Part shown: piece after piece, positions 61,162 through 64,000 of the stretch | Position numbering within the stretch: position 1 is the first letter of the stretch | How the letters are laid out: the number at the start of each line of letters is the position of its first letter | DNA from: a virus | IMG/VR virus record: IMGVR_UViG_3300006109_000424 | Coordinates: 7,617 to 71,616 of that record | DNA length: 64,000 bases | Direction: 5' to 3' (one strand) | Notes under the pieces: generated by a model | Databases searched by the model: none | What the model was told of the DNA's origin: nothing | What the model saw: only the letters and a program-made list of their open reading frames with translations | Position numbers and translations under genes: made by a program

Positions 61162-62178
61162 ATGACAAATCTATTCCGCAAGGCAGCTGTTTGTACGGAT
61201 ATCCACTTTGGACTCAAATCAAACAGCCTGGTCCACAATCAGGACTGCGAAGCATTTATCGACTGGTTCATAGCCACAGCCCGAGAGCAAGGTTGCGAAA
61301 CCGGCATGTTCCTGGGCGATTGGCATCATCATCGTGCTAGTATCAATCTGCAAACTTTACACTTTAGCCTGCGTAGCCTACAAAAACTTTCGGCGGCCTT
61401 TGAACAGTTTTACTTTATTCCCGGCAATCACGACCTATACTATCGTGACAAGCGTGACATACACGGTGCCGAATGGGCACAGCACCTACCCAATATCACA
61501 GTAGTCAACAACTGGTTCAAACAGGATGACGTGATCATTGCGCCCTGGCTTGTGGGCGACGATTACAAAAAATTGCCCAAGATGCAGGCCAAATACATGT
61601 TTGGACACTTTGAGTTACCACACTTTAAAATGAATGCCATGGTAGAAATGCCTGACCACGGTGAAGTCAAGGTAGAATCATTTGGCGGCATTGAGTCAGT
61701 GTACTCGGGTCACTTTCACTTGAGACAAAGCAAGCGTAACATCAACTACATTGGCAACTGCTTTCCACACAACTTTGCTGATGCCGGCGACGAAGCTCGT
61801 GGCATGATGATCTTAGAGTGGGGTCGACCTGAACGCTATATGGCTTGGCCGGATCAACCACTCTATCGTGTGATGAAGTTGAGTGAGGCCATTGACAACA
61901 GTGTAAATATACTCCGTCCCAACATGCATGTACGTGTAGAACTGGACATTGATATTTCATACGAAGAGGCCAACTTTATCAAAGAAACATTTGTACGAGA
62001 TCATAATCTAAGAGAAATGGCTTTGATCCCTTCAAAGCGAACCGACATAGACATTGACTTGGCACCGGGCGAAGTACGATTTGAAAGTGTGGACCAAATT
62101 GTGACCGACCAGCTGACCAATATCGAAAGTGAATTTTACGATCCCAAACTTCTGTTGAAGATCTATCAAAACCTATGA
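61162..62178 (+). CDS. gp47: recombination endonuclease subunit, T4 gp47/Mre11/SbcD-like
   Basis: TDIHFG, LGDWHH, PGNHD, GHFE, SGHFH metallophosphoesterase motifs. Confidence 0.92.
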   Translation: MTNLFRKAAVCTDIHFGLKSNSLVHNQDCEAFIDWFIATAREQGCETGMFLGDWHHHRASINLQTLHFSLRSLQKLSAAFEQFYFIPGNHDLYYRDKRDIHGAEWAQHLPNITVVNNWFKQDDVIIAPWLVGDDYKKLPKMQAKYMFGHFELPHFKMNAMVEMPDHGEVKVESFGGIESVYSGHFHLRQSKRNINYIGNCFPHNFADAGDEARGMMILEWGRPERYMAWPDQPLYRVMKLSEAIDNSVNILRPNMHVRVELDIDISYEEANFIKETFVRDHNLREMALIPSKRTDIDIDLAPGEVRFESVDQIVTDQLTNIESEFYDPKLLLKIYQNL

Positions 62179-62891
62179 AACTGTACTTCAACGGATGTAG
62201 TCATACATATGGCGATGATTTATCTAATCGCGATGCCGACTCGTGGCCAGCGGTATTGTCAGCAGTTAAAGGATGTACTTTTTTGAATGATAGCATTTCG
62301 GGTGGATCCAATGACCGCATCGTATACCGAACTTTGAAACATGCTGAGGAATTTGACAAATTTTACATTGCTTGGACCTACACTAGCCGATTTACTCGAT
62401 ATAGAGCCGATAATAATTTTGAGATCAACTTTAATAGTCAATTAAAAAATTCTTTGTATGGCAATGATACAGATTTTAAAACCTATGGAAAACTGCACTA
62501 TGCTGTTTGGCATAACGAACTTTATGCCTTTAAACTTTGGTTACAACAGATAATATTATTACAAAGATTTTTTGAGTCTATCAAGAAACCATATCTAATG
62601 ATCAATGCCGCTAACAACTTAATAGATCGGTGGACTGTTGGTTGGAGAGATTTCAATAATAGTGTAAACTCACTACTGTGCTTTGATCAAATGAATGACG
62701 AACAACTATACAACGAACATCTTGAGATACAAAAACTAGTGTCTCAAATTGATTTCAATCACTATGTTGACTGGAATTCCTGGTGGATCACCAAGCCCAA
62801 GGCAGATTATCCTTGCGGTGCTACAGGGCACCTACTCGAACAGGGACATAGGGCCATAGCCGACTTTATATTGACTCATGATACGAATTAA
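62175..62891 (+). CDS. SGNH/GDSL-like hydrolase or acyltransferase
   Basis: FNGCSHTYG, GGSNDRI, WT...R, TGHLLEQGH. Confidence 0.65.
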   Translation: MKLYFNGCSHTYGDDLSNRDADSWPAVLSAVKGCTFLNDSISGGSNDRIVYRTLKHAEEFDKFYIAWTYTSRFTRYRADNNFEINFNSQLKNSLYGNDTDFKTYGKLHYAVWHNELYAFKLWLQQIILLQRFFESIKKPYLMINAANNLIDRWTVGWRDFNNSVNSLLCFDQMNDEQLYNEHLEIQKLVSQIDFNHYVDWNSWWITKPKADYPCGATGHLLEQGHRAIADFILTHDTN

Positions 62892-64000
62892 AAATCTAAC
62901 TGTTAAAAACTTTATGAGTGTGGGCAATACCACACAGGCCATTGACTTTGATCGTACAGATCTCACGCTGGTCCTGGGCGAAAACTTGGATCTAGGCGGC
63001 GACGGTAGTCGTAATGGCACAGGCAAGACCACGATCATCAATGCACTCAGCTATGCCTTGTACGGGCAGGCTTTGAGCAACATCAGAAAAGACAACTTGG
63101 TCAACAAGACCAACGGCAAAGGCATGATGGTCAGTCTGGAGTTCGCTTCGGGCGCACAAGACTTCAAGATTGAGCGTGGTCGCAAGCCTAATGTGTTGAA
63201 ATTTTATGTGAACAACGAAGAAAAAGTCATCACTGACGAAGCGCAGGGTGACAGCAGAGAAACACAAGATGCTATTGAGTCTACCTTGGGTCTAAGTCAT
63301 GACATGTTCAAGCACATCATGGCACTCAATACCTATACAGAACCATTCTTGAGCCTAAAGGCCAATGACCAAAGAACTATTATTGAACAACTGTTGGGTA
63401 TTACACAGCTGAGTGAACGTGCTGATCGTATCAAAGAGCTCAACAAAGAAACCAAGGATGCCATACAGCAGGAAGAGTTTCGTATTCGTGCTGTTCAAGA
63501 AGCTAATAAACGTATCGAAGAGCAAATTGAAGCCTTAAAACGTAGACAAACATTATGGGTCACTAAACATGACGAAGATATCAAAGAACTTGAGAAAGCC
63601 TTATCTGCGCTACAAGAAATTAACATCGAAGCGGAGATCCAGGCTCACAAAGATCACAAGGATTGGGATCAAAAGCGAAAGGACATCAACGAGTTATCCA
63701 GCCAGATCTCACGCACGAAATTGGATATCAGCCGTGAAGAAAAAATGGTTGCCAAATTGGCAAAAGAAATTGAGACGCTCCAAGCCCATGAGTGTCATAC
63801 ATGTGGTCAGGCCTTCCACGATAGTAAGCACCAACAGGTGTTGGCGGGTAAGCAGAGTGATTTGGAAGCGGCGCGAGCGAGCTGCGCAGAGCATGGCACC
63901 TTCTTATCAGAACTGGAGACTGCCCACGAAGCCCTGGGCTCGTTAGGTCGACCACCCAAGATGTTTTACGACAAGGAGTCGGATGCTATACAACATCAAG
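62878..64000 (+). CDS. gp46: recombination ATPase subunit, T4 gp46/Rad50/SbcC-like (runs off window; not in ORF track)
   Basis: MIRIKNLTVKNFMSVGN; Walker A NGTGKTT; coiled coil; zinc hook CHTCGQ near 63793. Confidence 0.92.
   Translation, partial: MIRIKNLTVKNFMSVGNTTQAIDFDRTDLTLVLGENLDLGGDGSRNGTGKTTIINALSYALYGQALSNIRKDNLVNKTNGKGMMVSLEFASGAQDFKIERGRKPNVLKFYVNNEEKVITDEAQGDSRETQDAIESTLGLSHDMFKHIMALNTYTEPFLSLKANDQRTIIEQLLGITQLSERADRIKELNKETKDAIQQEEFRIRAVQEANKRIEEQIEALKRRQTLWVTKHDEDIKELEKALSALQEINIEAEIQAHKDHKDWDQKRKDINELSSQISRTKLDISREEKMVAKLAKEIETLQAHECHTCGQAFHDSKHQQVLAGKQSDLEAARASCAEHGTFLSELETAHEALGSLGRPPKMFYDKESDAIQHQ

Noticed and set aside
349-63955. Many 60-170 aa ORFs nested in or antisense to long genes
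   Set aside because: No motifs, atypical composition, fully overlapped by well-supported CDSs
1-64000. Stop-codon reassignment as in some jumbo phages
   Set aside because: Genes are full-length in the standard code, and TAA, TAG and TGA all end genes at sensible, often overlapping, positions
1-64000. CRISPR array, tRNA or rRNA genes
   Set aside because: No identical spaced repeats or cloverleaf/T-loop patterns seen in the few intergenic gaps (by eye only)

Overview
This window is part of a large T4-like (myovirus-type, probably jumbo) bacteriophage genome read in the standard genetic code. Left end (1-4.6 kb): a free-standing GIY-YIG homing endonuclease, a promoter-bounded ~185-nt highly structured candidate ncRNA, a metallopeptidase-VWA protein and small hypotheticals. 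About 4.6-30.3 kb is a dense, largely translationally coupled biosynthetic/modification island: NDP-sugar epimerase, DegT aminotransferase, about 8 glycosyltransferase-like genes (GT-A and GT10-like 'TEK' types), 7 radical SAM enzymes with an N-terminal twitch/SPASM domain, a NodU/TobZ-type carbamoyltransferase preceded by an un-annotated 33-aa peptide ending in PFIYK, 3 sulfotransferase-like domains and an SGNH remnant. It abuts and is mostly co-oriented with a 30-kb tail/baseplate module (tail fibres, a 4808-aa giant virion protein, and gp6-, gp25-, gp5-, gp27-, gp53- and gp48/54-like genes). The right end has T4-like gp55-gp47-(SGNH insert)-gp46. Many promoters (sigma70-type and TAAATA late-type) sit 4-7 nt from the ATG, implying leaderless mRNAs. 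Best candidate for a new system: a phage-encoded virion (or DNA) decoration pathway driven by a battery of twitch-radical-SAM enzymes. All assignments come from motif reading by eye; no database searches were run.
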